The position numbers were made by a program, and so were the translations under genes. From the NCBI GenBank assembly GCA_041170505.1, contig JBEAYS010000015.1, positions 1 to 36,302 of the forward strand: a stretch of DNA of 36,302 nt. Direction: 5' to 3'. Positions 25,621 to 35,121 of this stretch are shown here, one piece after another. Positions within the stretch are counted from its first letter, which is position 1. Each line of letters begins with the position of its first letter. This DNA is from Cyanobacteriota bacterium (lineage in GTDB: Bacteria > Cyanobacteriota > Vampirovibrionia > LMEP-6097). The notes beneath the pieces are model-generated. The model was not told the origin of the DNA. It saw only the letters and a program-made list of their open reading frames with translations, and made no database searches.

Positions 25621-25718
25621 AAAAAGCCCTTAGGCACTGATATTCACGCCTAAAATAATTGTAACATTTGCTCACCAATAATCGCTGGTATTAAATCTAA
25701 TGATAATTAGCCGCAAAT

Positions 25719-26474
25719 TTACTTGGTTTTTATTTGGATATAATTGGTTGAATTTGTTTCTCTACTATATACAATTGCTGGCATTGCTACTCCACCTAAA
25801 TCATAAATTGGTCGTTTGTAATATTTTAAATCTACTAATGTTTTGTCTCCGACCCTAATTGTGGTGGGATTCAACGGAGCAAAATATATTTTGAAGGTTG
25901 CTTCACTCGATAAGACATCGCTTAAGGGCAATTCTATTCTATCTTTTGAAGAGCTGGTGTTAGATGGTAAACTAATTCGTTTGAATTCTTCTCCAAAAAC
26001 TTGATCCCCTTCGATATGATCAATGGTAAATAATTTTTTATTATAATAAACATCCATTTCAAGGGTTTCAATCCCGAGGGACTGAAAGCTTGATTTTTTA
26101 TCGTAGGTATTAGCTTTATACTTTACAAAACCCGGATAGAGAATTACACCTGAAAAGTGTTCAAAGACTGGATCTTCAACATCTTGAGCAATATCATCAT
26201 CACCAATATTTAAAATATCTTTTATTAATTTTATTGTGGAGCTAAATGAGTCAATAATTTCTTTTACTTGCTTATATAAAGTCTCAAGGTCTCTAAGTCG
26301 CTGTAATATTGAACCATTTAAAAAACTTTGTTTTTTGAGAAGCTCATATTCTTGCTTAGATATTTTTACATATTGAATTTCTTGATTAGCTACCTGGCTT
26401 GCCATAACATCTCTAAAACTCAATACTAGAGCACAAACCACAAAAACCATTATTTTTATTTTTAAATTAATCAT
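25719..26474 (-). CDS. Hypothetical secreted protein, 251 aa
   Basis: The N-terminus is signal-like (IMVFVVCALVLSFRDVMA|SQ). I recognise no family. Confidence 0.6.
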   Translation of the reverse strand: MINLKIKIMVFVVCALVLSFRDVMASQVANQEIQYVKISKQEYELLKKQSFLNGSILQRLRDLETLYKQVKEIIDSFSSTIKLIKDILNIGDDDIAQDVEDPVFEHFSGVILYPGFVKYKANTYDKKSSFQSLGIETLEMDVYYNKKLFTIDHIEGDQVFGEEFKRISLPSNTSSSKDRIELPLSDVLSSEATFKIYFAPLNPTTIRVGDKTLVDLKYYKRPIYDLGGVAMPAIVYSRETNSTNYIQIKTK

Positions 26475-26701
26475 AATTATCTCCTAAAAAAATTTTGCTC
26501 GTTTCTGTTAAGAAATAAAAGAGGTTTGATTTACTTTTTTTGGTTAAGAAAGTCGAGGAGCTAAGCTGTAAACCCAGAAGTCTAGTACGTTTGAACTATA
26601 TAAAACTAACTAGCTTTATAATCTATATCAGTACTCTGACTTATTTTTTTAATTTTGGATTTGGGTAGATTATATAAAGGATTCTTGGCTAAGGAGTCGT
26701 T

Positions 26702-28417
26702 TTGTCATCTAAGGTAAATTTTTTAGGATTAAATAGTAATTTTGATTCAGCTAGTCTGGTGAATCAACTCATTGATCTTGAGACGCAAACCAAAATTAAT
26801 CCTCTACAAACTAAAAAAACTTCTCTTCAAAGAGAAAGATCTTCTCTAGATACTGTTGCAACCAATGTTAGAGACATCAAAACAGCTTTGTCATATAACT
26901 CTATAAAAGATGGTTCAAAAGCTCTTGCTCCAAAAAAAGTAAGCACTAATGATAGTACAAAAGAGTTTATTAGCGTTACTGCCACAGATTCAGCTGTTGC
27001 ACAAAGCTTCCAAGTTTATGTAGATAAACTAGCTACAAATACTATTCGTAAGTCTAGTCAAGTTATCAAAAATGATCTTACAAACGTTTCACCGACTGCT
27101 TCTGCTAATTTTAAAGGAGGAGTTACCTTATCTGATGGAACTGTTACTATTAACGGCGAAACCAAGACCTTCGCCTCCACGGCAGATGATATCGCTGAAA
27201 TAGAAACTTTTTTAAATAGTTTTACTGGTGTTACTGGGACTTTTAATACCACATCTGGAAAATTTGATCTTACAGGAATCACTTCTCTGGGCTCTGCTGG
27301 AGACACTAGTAACATGATTTCTGCTCTAGGCTTAAATAATGCTCAAATAACAGCAGGCAATGTTACAGGTATCCAAAATCTTGAAGCTGTAAAAGCCAAT
27401 GCTGTATTGACTTCTATCGGTATAACGGGCACTAAGATTACTATCAATGGAGCGGATATAAATTATGCACCTGCTACAGATACAATTCAATCACTTGTTA
27501 CAAAAATTAATAACTCCTCTGGTGCAAAAGTAAGTGCTTCATACGATGCAATTAATGGTGAGCTGATAATGACAAATAAATCGACAGGAGCTTTATCAAT
27601 TACAGTAAGTTCTAATGGAAATATCAATCCTCTAAATTTAAATAATGTTGGCAGTGAAACACTTGGCAATAATGCAGAGTTTAGAATTTCTACCTTAAAT
27701 GGAGGAGCTACTCTTGTTAGTAATAATAATTCAATATCCGATATTATTAATGGGGTGACAATTAATTTGACTAAGACTAACTCAAACCCAATTACAGTCA
27801 ATATTTCAGAGGATTCATCTGGCTATAGAACATCGATAGATGAGATTATTAGAAATATAAATAAGTTAAATACTTTTCTAAAAAATATTGATACAACTTT
27901 TTCCAGAAATTTTTCTTCACGAATGAGAAATATTGTTAGTTCAGTTGCTGGCACTAATGGAGTTGATACTTATACTTCACTTATTGATATTGGCTTGAAA
28001 AGCAATTTAGATGCTGATGGAAAGTTTACTGGTTATAGTCTCGATTCAACTCTTTTTAATAAGGCTTTTGCCTCTGCACCAGATGAACTTAATAAAATTC
28101 TTTGGGGTAATTCTAGTGATCCAAAAAGTATTTTTTCTTCTCTCTCAAACGGGAACAAGGGGATTCTTGTCCAGTTGCAGGAACTCATGGATAGTTATAT
28201 AGATCCAAGTGTTCCTGCAAATGGTTTAATTAATCAAATTCAAGAAACATTAAGTTCTCAAATAAAATCTGTTGATTCCCGAATTGAAAAAACTCAAGAT
28301 AGCATTGACAACTTGGAACAGAGAATGAGGAGGCAGTTCTCTCAATTAGATCTTATAACCTCTCAATATCAGCAACAGCAAAGTGCTCTCAATGGTCTAA
28401 TGGCTCAATTAGGATAA
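26702..28417 (+). CDS. fliD: Flagellar filament capping protein (hook-associated protein 2)
   Basis: The start is TTG, 5 nt after AAGGAG. The N-terminus GLNSNFDSASLVNQLIDLETQTKINPLQTKKTSLQ and the C-terminus RMRRQFSQLDLITSQYQQQQSAL match the conserved FliD termini. Confidence 0.85.
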   Translation: MSSKVNFLGLNSNFDSASLVNQLIDLETQTKINPLQTKKTSLQRERSSLDTVATNVRDIKTALSYNSIKDGSKALAPKKVSTNDSTKEFISVTATDSAVAQSFQVYVDKLATNTIRKSSQVIKNDLTNVSPTASANFKGGVTLSDGTVTINGETKTFASTADDIAEIETFLNSFTGVTGTFNTTSGKFDLTGITSLGSAGDTSNMISALGLNNAQITAGNVTGIQNLEAVKANAVLTSIGITGTKITINGADINYAPATDTIQSLVTKINNSSGAKVSASYDAINGELIMTNKSTGALSITVSSNGNINPLNLNNVGSETLGNNAEFRISTLNGGATLVSNNNSISDIINGVTINLTKTNSNPITVNISEDSSGYRTSIDEIIRNINKLNTFLKNIDTTFSRNFSSRMRNIVSSVAGTNGVDTYTSLIDIGLKSNLDADGKFTGYSLDSTLFNKAFASAPDELNKILWGNSSDPKSIFSSLSNGNKGILVQLQELMDSYIDPSVPANGLINQIQETLSSQIKSVDSRIEKTQDSIDNLEQRMRRQFSQLDLITSQYQQQQSALNGLMAQLG

Positions 28418-28418
28418 T

Positions 28419-28736
28419 ATGAAAAAATTTGACAATATAGAAGCTGGTTTAATTGAGATTGAAAATATTGATCGAAAAATTGTGGGTCATTTAGATAGAG
28501 AAGATTACTCAAAAATTATTGAAGAACTAAAAAATAGATTGATTGTAATTAGTCAAATTACTCAATTGAAACAAAAAAATACAGTCTTATCCGAAGCAAT
28601 ATCAAAAAAATTTGAACAAATTTTTTCTGATACAAGTTTGATTCAATTAAAAATATTAGAAAAGAAATCAAAGATAAGCGAAAGATTAAAGAAATACAAA
28701 AAGAATCAGGTAATTTATCGAAATCGCTCCTATTAG
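28419..28736 (+). CDS. Small coiled-coil protein co-transcribed with fliD (FliT/FliS-position chaperone candidate)
   Basis: It starts 1 nt after the fliD stop and encodes a 105-aa helical, charged protein with a basic Tyr-containing tail (KKYKKNQVIYRNRSY). The functional call is positional only. Confidence 0.45.
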   Translation: MKKFDNIEAGLIEIENIDRKIVGHLDREDYSKIIEELKNRLIVISQITQLKQKNTVLSEAISKKFEQIFSDTSLIQLKILEKKSKISERLKKYKKNQVIYRNRSY

Positions 28737-28765
28737 TTAAGATAAAAATCTTAATTTGGTTTTTG
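28737..28765 (+). terminator. AT-rich hairpin plus T-rich tail after the fliD operon
   Basis: TTAAGAT (28737-28743) and ATCTTAA (28748-28754) form a stem around an aaaa loop, followed by TTTGGTTTTTG. Confidence 0.35.
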
Positions 28766-28891
28766 TTCAGGATCCTTAATAATAAAAGATACTAGTAAAA
28801 CCATTGAATTTGCAAGTCCAAGATCAATTTTATATTTACTAACCCTGGGTATGTTTTATATATTTAATAAAAGTGGAATAATATTAAGGTA

Positions 28892-29119
28892 ATGTCAAAC
28901 AAACTCAAACAATGTGATATTTGTGGTTGTATAACTTCTTCGTCTTTAAGAAATGGAGTTTGTAATGAATGTATGGCTAAAGATGATGAATTGTATACTT
29001 TAGCAAAAAACAGTATGAAATTTGGTGAAAAAATGCTTCCAGAAGAACTATCCAATAAAACTGGAATTGATTGTAAACATATCTTGCGCTGGGTGCGGCA
29101 TGGGCGTTTTGGAAGTTAA
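28892..29119 (+). CDS. Zinc-ribbon protein resembling the YvyF-type flagellar-operon protein family
   Basis: CDIC...x13...CNEC forms a zinc ribbon, followed by a short HTH-like tail (LSNKTGIDCKHILRWVRHGRF). It lies near fliD. The family assignment is from memory of the family pattern, not a search. Confidence 0.5.
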   Translation: MSNKLKQCDICGCITSSSLRNGVCNECMAKDDELYTLAKNSMKFGEKMLPEELSNKTGIDCKHILRWVRHGRFGS

Positions 29120-29120
29120 A

Positions 29121-29930
29121 ATGCCGTTAATAGATACTCATGCTCATGTTTGTTTTTCAGTCTATGACTCTGATAGAGAGGAAGTACTGCTTAGAGCTTT
29201 TAACGAAGGTATAAAAAAGCTCATACATCCTTGTTGCAATCTTGAAGAGCTCGAGATATTAATTGATCTTGCTAAAAAATATCAAGGTGATAATTGTATA
29301 AAAATTTTTTCAGCAATTGGAGTGCATCCTACTGAGTTTAGTTCGTGGAAACAAAGTGCAACTGAGTTTATCGAAATGGCCTTAAATAATCCAGAGAAAA
29401 AAAAATATATAAAAGCAATTGGGGAGGCTGGTTTAGACTACTATCATGTTAGCTCTATTGATGATCAAAAAATACAGAAAGAAATTTTTATTCAGCAAAT
29501 TTTAATAGCTAAAAAATACAATCTACCTCTTATAGTGCACACCAGAGATGCTTGGCAAGATACTCTTGATATTCTTCAAGAGTATTATCCTTGTAATAAA
29601 AATGCCGATAGCGGAGTTTTGCATTGTTATACGGGTGATTTAGAATTTGCGCAAAAGGCTATAGAAATAGGTTTTTATATTTCTTGGTCTGGAGTTTTGA
29701 CTTATAATAAAAATTCACATTTTAGAGAGATCGCAGGAAAGCTTGATTTAGACCGGGTTTTAGTGGAGACTGATAGTCCTTTTTTGGCTCCGCAACAATT
29801 TAGAGGCAAAAGAAACGAACCTAGCTACGTTAGGTTTGTAGCAGAAGCTCTGGCTCAATGTTATGCTCTTAGATATGAACAAATTGCTGAAATAAGCACA
29901 AAAAATGCTGAAAGACTCTTCAAGATCTAA
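29121..29930 (+). CDS. tatD: TatD-family metal-dependent hydrolase/DNase
   Basis: MPLIDTHAHV sits at the proposed start. GVHP, GEAGLDYY, PLIVHTRDA, HCYTG and ETDSPFLAP motifs are present. The ORF-track start at 29022 overlaps the upstream zinc-ribbon gene, so the ATG at 29121 (1 nt after its stop) is preferred. Confidence 0.88.
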   Translation: MPLIDTHAHVCFSVYDSDREEVLLRAFNEGIKKLIHPCCNLEELEILIDLAKKYQGDNCIKIFSAIGVHPTEFSSWKQSATEFIEMALNNPEKKKYIKAIGEAGLDYYHVSSIDDQKIQKEIFIQQILIAKKYNLPLIVHTRDAWQDTLDILQEYYPCNKNADSGVLHCYTGDLEFAQKAIEIGFYISWSGVLTYNKNSHFREIAGKLDLDRVLVETDSPFLAPQQFRGKRNEPSYVRFVAEALAQCYALRYEQIAEISTKNAERLFKI

Positions 29931-30762
29931 AAAATTTTTATTACTAATTTTAGTAATGTTTTTTTTTGGCACGTGTCCAGCACTGGCAGAGCCAGATTCA
30001 GAAAAAATCCGAGATCATTTACTTCAGTCAAATGTAGAAGAGGTCATAAATTTATTTGATAAAGATTACATCAAGCGTAAGAAATGGGATCTAAGTGAAG
30101 AAAATTCTCAATATTATGCAATCGCTCTTTTGGTAGACGGTAAAATTGATGAGCTAAAGGTGTTTTTAAATTTTGCCCAGAAAAAATACCCAAAATCAAA
30201 AAAGTTAGAAAGTATCTCTAATCAAATTTATTATTTCACTCAAGAGTTTGATCGCGCAAAACCCAATCCCCAAGCTGATACACATATTAAGCTAATTAAA
30301 AATATAGAAAATTACAAAAGCAGTTCAGATAGACAAGAATTTCAGATCATAGATGAAATCAACCAAGTAACTAATATCATTTATTTTCCTACCCAGATGG
30401 ATTATTTACTTGAGCTCAATTCCCAAGATGCTTGTCGCCAGGTGGAAACTCTAGCGTGGCAGGTAATTAATCAAAACACAACTAAGTTATTCCCAAATAC
30501 TCTTGATCACTATGAACTTGCAAGTGCGTATAAAGCTCTTGCGGTTCTCAGTATAAAAGCTAATAAAATCAAACAAGCAACCAAATACATAAAGCTAGCT
30601 CGCGAAAACATCTATAAGATGCGCTCTATATGGCTAATTGAAGATATTATAATCAATAGACCTATTTTAAAAACTCAATCTAGATCTACAATTTTTGGGT
30701 TTGTTCTGCCACAGTGGATAATGCTCCTTAGAGATGAATACGACAATTATTTAGGTCTATAA
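29905..30762 (+). CDS. Hypothetical secreted protein or possible lipoprotein, 285 aa
   Basis: The N-terminus is signal-like (KKFLLLILVMFFFGTCPALA|EPD). I recognise no family. It overlaps the tatD 3' end by 26 nt. Confidence 0.55.
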   Translation: MLKDSSRSKKFLLLILVMFFFGTCPALAEPDSEKIRDHLLQSNVEEVINLFDKDYIKRKKWDLSEENSQYYAIALLVDGKIDELKVFLNFAQKKYPKSKKLESISNQIYYFTQEFDRAKPNPQADTHIKLIKNIENYKSSSDRQEFQIIDEINQVTNIIYFPTQMDYLLELNSQDACRQVETLAWQVINQNTTKLFPNTLDHYELASAYKALAVLSIKANKIKQATKYIKLARENIYKMRSIWLIEDIIINRPILKTQSRSTIFGFVLPQWIMLLRDEYDNYLGL

Positions 30763-31667
30763 GCTTTATTTAATGCTAGTTTTAGAGCATCTTGTATCTC
30801 TGGATAAGCAAATTCATAACCGTTTTCTACAAGCTTATTAGGTTTAACTCGACAACTGGCTAGCAGTAAAGAATCTGCCATCTCGCCCATAAAAATTTTT
30901 AGAACAAAGCTTGGAATATGCATAAACATTGGTCTTGAAAGAAGCCTAGCAAAATAGGTCGTAAATTCTTGATTAGTAACAGATTTAGGAGCCGTAAAAT
31001 TAACAGGACCAGAGATACTTTCATTATGAATAATATAATTTATCGCATAAACTAGATCATCTATAGCAATCCAGCTCATCAATTGCTTCCCAGAGCCAAT
31101 CACTCCTCCCAAACCAAAATTAAAAAGCGGCTTAAGCTTAGAAACTATTCCACCACCTGCACCAAGAACTAATCCAAAACGTGCATTAATAGTGCGAATA
31201 CCTCTGCTAGAAACCGCTTGGGTAGCAAGCTCCCACTCATTACAGGTATCAGCAAGAAAATCACCTTTTATTGTGACACTTGATTCATGAATATATTCAT
31301 CAGGTCTGTCTCCGTAATAACCTACAGCTGATGCACTTATAAAAAGCTTTGGGGGATTTTGGAGACCTGCGATAGCTACTGCAAGATTCTTGGTACTTAA
31401 TACTCGACTATCAAAAATTTTTTTCTTTTGTTTTTCGGTCCATTTTTTATTGGTAATATTCTCGCCAGCCAAGTGAATAATTACATCAAAACCCTCTAGA
31501 TCTGGAAGATTAATCTGGTTAGATTCAAGGTTCGCTTGGATACAGCTCCCAGAGAGAGTTCTAGAGCCTGGTCTAATTAGCCTGACTATATCGTGGCCAT
31601 AATGAGAAAAAAAACTATAAAGCTCGCTACCGACAAAACCGCTAGAGCCTGTGATTAAAATTTTCAT
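30747..31667 (-). CDS. TIGR01777/YfcH-type epimerase-family protein (SDR39U1-like, with a DUF1731-like C-terminus)
   Basis: The N-terminus is MKILITGSSGFVGSEL. The C-terminus RVKPNKLVENGYEFAYPEIQDAL is typical of DUF1731. Confidence 0.82.
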   Translation of the reverse strand: MKILITGSSGFVGSELYSFFSHYGHDIVRLIRPGSRTLSGSCIQANLESNQINLPDLEGFDVIIHLAGENITNKKWTEKQKKKIFDSRVLSTKNLAVAIAGLQNPPKLFISASAVGYYGDRPDEYIHESSVTIKGDFLADTCNEWELATQAVSSRGIRTINARFGLVLGAGGGIVSKLKPLFNFGLGGVIGSGKQLMSWIAIDDLVYAINYIIHNESISGPVNFTAPKSVTNQEFTTYFARLLSRPMFMHIPSFVLKIFMGEMADSLLLASCRVKPNKLVENGYEFAYPEIQDALKLALNKAYRPK

Positions 31668-32512
31668 ACCAGAGTTTCTTTTTTATTGGTTAAAAAAAGC
31701 TTTCTAATCAAAAGTACATCTCTCAACGCTTCTTCTAGATTTGATAATGGAATCATGTTAGGACCATCAGAAAGAGCTTCACTTGGATTAGGATGAGTTT
31801 CTGCAAACAAACCAGTTGCACCAGCTGATACAGCCGCACGCGCTAAAATAGGAGCGAAATGTGAATTACCTAGCGAGCGATCTCCACCTGCACCTGGCAT
31901 TTGGCACGAGTGAGTAGCATCAAACACAGTTCTAATGCCCATTTGACGAGCTTGCTCGAACATTCTCATATCTACAACCAGATTATTATACCCAAAACTA
32001 TTTCCTCTTTCGCAAATAAAGACCTTATGATTATTGAGTTCTTTGCACTTATCAACTATATTTTTTATTTCTGGCGGAGATAAAAATTGTCCTTTTTTGA
32101 TATTGAGGACTTTGCCTGTGCTAGCGGCATTTGCCACCAAATCAGTTTGGCGACACAAAAATGCGGGTATTTGAATTATATCCAGCACTTCTGCTGATTC
32201 TTTTACTTGATTAATCTCATGCACATCAGAAACCACTGGGAATCCAAAATCCGCTTTTATTTTTGCAAGAGCGTTAAGACCCGCTTCTAGACCTGGCCCT
32301 CGAAAACTATGAATAGAAGTTCGATTAGCTTTATCGTAACTAGCCTTAAAAACCGGGACCACCCCATCCATAAGATCTTCTTGATTAAGTTTTTGGAAAA
32401 TCTGTTCTAGCTTGCGAGCAATTTCATAGAGAAGAGCCTCAGATTCAATCACACAAGGCCCCAAAAGCAAGGGAAAACTGTCATTTTTAAGAATTTTTGA
32501 TTCGAAGTCCAT
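31664..32512 (-). CDS. kdsA: 3-deoxy-8-phosphooctulonate (KDO-8-P) synthase
   Basis: Motifs LLGPCVIES, FKASYDKANRTS, NIKKGQF and FDATHSCQMPG are present. Confidence 0.92.
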   Translation of the reverse strand: MDFESKILKNDSFPLLLGPCVIESEALLYEIARKLEQIFQKLNQEDLMDGVVPVFKASYDKANRTSIHSFRGPGLEAGLNALAKIKADFGFPVVSDVHEINQVKESAEVLDIIQIPAFLCRQTDLVANAASTGKVLNIKKGQFLSPPEIKNIVDKCKELNNHKVFICERGNSFGYNNLVVDMRMFEQARQMGIRTVFDATHSCQMPGAGGDRSLGNSHFAPILARAAVSAGATGLFAETHPNPSEALSDGPNMIPLSNLEEALRDVLLIRKLFLTNKKETLV

Positions 32513-32558
32513 CTACATGTAATTATAACCTGTCAAGAAAATCACAGTAATGGACTAT

Positions 32559-33224
32559 TTATAAGCCTGCACTAATAGTAATAGTTTCGCCAGTAATAGC
32601 CCGAGCTGATGGAGAAATCAAGTACTGAATCAAATACGCTATTTCACTAGGTTCTATCCAGCGGTTTTGAACATTAGCGCCTAGATTATTTTTTTCTTGC
32701 TCAGGAGTATTTAGAATAGTTTGAGCCATATCCGTCCGCACCCAGCCCGGAGCTACAGCATTTACATTAATCCCAAACTTACCAAGCTCCCAAGTCAATG
32801 ACTTCATAAGCCCGATCATACCTGCTTTTGAGGCGCTATAAGCTGGAGTATAGATTTCTCCTTCGGCACTAACCGATGAAACCATTACTATATGAGCGCC
32901 TTGCTGAGCTTGCAAGTAAGGAAGAGATTTTTTACATAATCTAAAAGCACCAGTTAAATTTACATCAATAACTTTTTGCCACTCTTCTAGACTGTGCTCC
33001 ATAAGCGGAGCTGAGTGATAAACACCAGCATTACAAATAAGCGCGTATAAAGAGGAATCTTCAGTAAAATTTTCTGCAAAAAATTTATCAACAGATTCTT
33101 GATTACTTACATCCAGCTCACGTGAGCCTGGAGCTAAGACTTGATATCCGCTCTGGATGAGTAATTCAGCGGTCGCTTGCCCAATGCCTCTAGACCCGCC
33201 TGTAATTAAAACTTTTTTTGCCAT
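32559..33224 (-). CDS. Short-chain dehydrogenase/reductase (FabG-like)
   Basis: Motifs VLITGGSRGIG, NAGV and YSASKAG (YxxxK) are present. Confidence 0.88.
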   Translation of the reverse strand: MAKKVLITGGSRGIGQATAELLIQSGYQVLAPGSRELDVSNQESVDKFFAENFTEDSSLYALICNAGVYHSAPLMEHSLEEWQKVIDVNLTGAFRLCKKSLPYLQAQQGAHIVMVSSVSAEGEIYTPAYSASKAGMIGLMKSLTWELGKFGINVNAVAPGWVRTDMAQTILNTPEQEKNNLGANVQNRWIEPSEIAYLIQYLISPSARAITGETITISAGL

Positions 33225-33259
33225 AAAAAAAGCCTAGCATTTTTATTGCTAGGCTTTTT
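33225..33259. terminator. Bidirectional rho-independent terminator between the ferredoxin and SDR genes
   Basis: AGCCTAGCA (33231-33239) pairs with TGCTAGGCT (33247-33255), flanked by an A-run (33225-33230) and a T-run (33255-33259). Confidence 0.7.
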
Positions 33260-33284
33260 ATGAATCGTGATTTCTAAAATTCTT

Positions 33285-33512
33285 TTAGACTGCTTGTAAT
33301 TCAGGTCTAGCTTCATCTAGAATAGCGCCCTCTACAGGACAAGCTGCTAGGCAAGCTCCGCAATCGATACAAGTATCTTGATCGATATATGGATACTCAA
33401 AACCTTTAGCATTAGATTTTCTTGGCTCTGGCCAGTGAATACAATCAACTGGACAAACCGGGATACAATCCGCTGCTCCTTCGCAAATATCAGAAACAAT
33501 AGTATATGGCAT
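33285..33512 (-). CDS. Small dicluster-type ferredoxin (Cx5Cx3CP ... CxxCxxCxxxCP)
   Basis: The Cys motifs are CEGAADCIPVCP and CIDCGACLAACP. The length is 75 aa. Confidence 0.88.
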   Translation of the reverse strand: MPYTIVSDICEGAADCIPVCPVDCIHWPEPRKSNAKGFEYPYIDQDTCIDCGACLAACPVEGAILDEARPELQAV

Positions 33513-33648
33513 TTAGGTCTCCTTTTTAAACCATTTGGAATATCGGCTTTTTATCAAGAAATCTTGAGGGATTTCGCCGATAAAAACATAGTAACAAAAA
33601 GAAAAGTTTTCAAACCTTCTTGAGAATTATTCTTATTAGTATTACGCA

Positions 33649-35121
33649 TTATTCTTTACAAATTCTTAGTGGAAAAATTTTATTAGGGTTACTTATCATC
33701 TCTGGATCAAAAATCTTTCGAACTTTTAGCATGGTTTCCATATCAGCAGGCGAAAACAAATAAGGCATATGATCTTGCTTCTCGACACCGATACCATGCT
33801 CGCCAGACAGAGCGCCGCCTATCTCGATACAAAATTTTAAGATCTCCTTACTTGCTTTGTGGATGCGGGTTACAACAGTAGGATCTTTTTCTGGATCATA
33901 TAAAAAATTTGGATGAAGATTACCATCAGCGGCGTGCATCACGCTAGCCAAGCGCAAGTGATATTTCTCAGAGACTTCACTTATAAATCTAACTGCCTCG
34001 GGAATTTTGGAGCGAGGCACAACTACGTCATAAAGATACCAAAAAGGAGCTAGCTTACCAAAAGCCGAAACCGTGCCCTTGCGCACCTTCCACAAAAATT
34101 TTCTACGCTCAGGATCTTGAGTCTCTTCATATTGAATGGGATTAAAACCTAGACTAGGATTGTTAATAAGAGTTTTTATCTGCTCAGCTTCAAGTAAAAT
34201 TTCATCATTATCACCGTCTAGCTCTATTAATAAAACAGCTTTAGTATCAGGGACCAAACCCAGTTCATAAGCCTGAGTAACAGCTTTTATAGCACCTTCA
34301 TCTATCATCTCGATCGCTGTTGGCTTGAACCCGCGAGAAATAATCTCGCTGACAGCTCTTGCTGAATCATCGATACTAGAAAAACAAACCTGCATGGTCA
34401 GAAACGACTCAGGGACAGGACTTAAACGCACCAGGGCCTTAGTCGCTATACCAAAAGTACCTTCAGTACCAGTAAACAAACGACTAAAATCAATCAAACA
34501 ATGCTTAACACCATCTTTTATCGCGCCAATCTCTTGGATTTGTCCGTTTGGTAAGACCAGCTCCAGACCAAGCACTTGATCGGCGGTAACCCCATGCTTA
34601 AAACAATGTATTCCGCCAGCATTCTCAGCGATATTACCGCCGATGGTGCAAGCATCTTGGGAAGAGGGGTCTGGAGCAAAATGTAAACCATGACAGGATT
34701 GCGCTTGGACCAATTTAGTAAGCTCAGAATTTATTAAACCTGGCTCTATAAGCGCGGTTCGATTGATAGGATTAAACTCTAGCAAGCGATTCATCTTAGC
34801 AAGAGAAATTATCACCGTGTGAATTCCGCCAATGGCTCCGCCTGATAATCCAGTACCAGCGCCGCGCGCAGTAAAATTTATCTTAGATTGATCGAGAAAA
34901 TCTTGATGGTTTACTTCATTTATGGCAGTAATAATCTTGGAGACCTCTTGAGTGCTTTCAGGGATCAAAACCAATCCTGGTCTGCTTTTAAATAATGATG
35001 TAGCATCTGTTTCATAAAGAACAAGATCACTTAGATCCTCCAAAACTTGATCCTTACGCAAAAAAGTTTTTAGGATTTTTAAAAGAGCCTTCAGCCTAGT
35101 AATTGATTTCAGTGAGGACAT
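33649..35121 (-). CDS. FAD-linked oxidase (GlcD / D-lactate dehydrogenase-like)
   Basis: The FAD_binding_4-type segment ARGAGTGLSGGA is present, with SGEHGIGVEK near the C-terminus. The length is 490 aa. Confidence 0.88.
   Translation of the reverse strand: MSSLKSITRLKALLKILKTFLRKDQVLEDLSDLVLYETDATSLFKSRPGLVLIPESTQEVSKIITAINEVNHQDFLDQSKINFTARGAGTGLSGGAIGGIHTVIISLAKMNRLLEFNPINRTALIEPGLINSELTKLVQAQSCHGLHFAPDPSSQDACTIGGNIAENAGGIHCFKHGVTADQVLGLELVLPNGQIQEIGAIKDGVKHCLIDFSRLFTGTEGTFGIATKALVRLSPVPESFLTMQVCFSSIDDSARAVSEIISRGFKPTAIEMIDEGAIKAVTQAYELGLVPDTKAVLLIELDGDNDEILLEAEQIKTLINNPSLGFNPIQYEETQDPERRKFLWKVRKGTVSAFGKLAPFWYLYDVVVPRSKIPEAVRFISEVSEKYHLRLASVMHAADGNLHPNFLYDPEKDPTVVTRIHKASKEILKFCIEIGGALSGEHGIGVEKQDHMPYLFSPADMETMLKVRKIFDPEMISNPNKIFPLRICKE

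Noticed and set aside
26475-26701. Looked for a sigma-28 (FliA) type promoter (TAAA-N15-GCCGATAA) upstream of fliD.
   Set aside because: No CCGATA-like -10 element is present, and no convincing promoter could be called from the sequence alone.
28766-28779. TTCAGGATCCTTAA resembles the right terminus of the 134-bp element (TTCAGTGGATCCTTAA), so it could be a solo end or a third degenerate copy.
   Set aside because: Only about 14 nt match, there is an indel, and no adjoining element sequence is present. In AT-rich DNA this is insufficient evidence.
29022-29120. N-terminal extension of the tatD ORF given in the ORF track (start 29022).
   Set aside because: The extension overlaps the zinc-ribbon gene in another frame. 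TatD homologues begin at the M-x-x-x-D-[ST]-H-x-H motif, which here starts at the ATG at 29121, right after the upstream stop.
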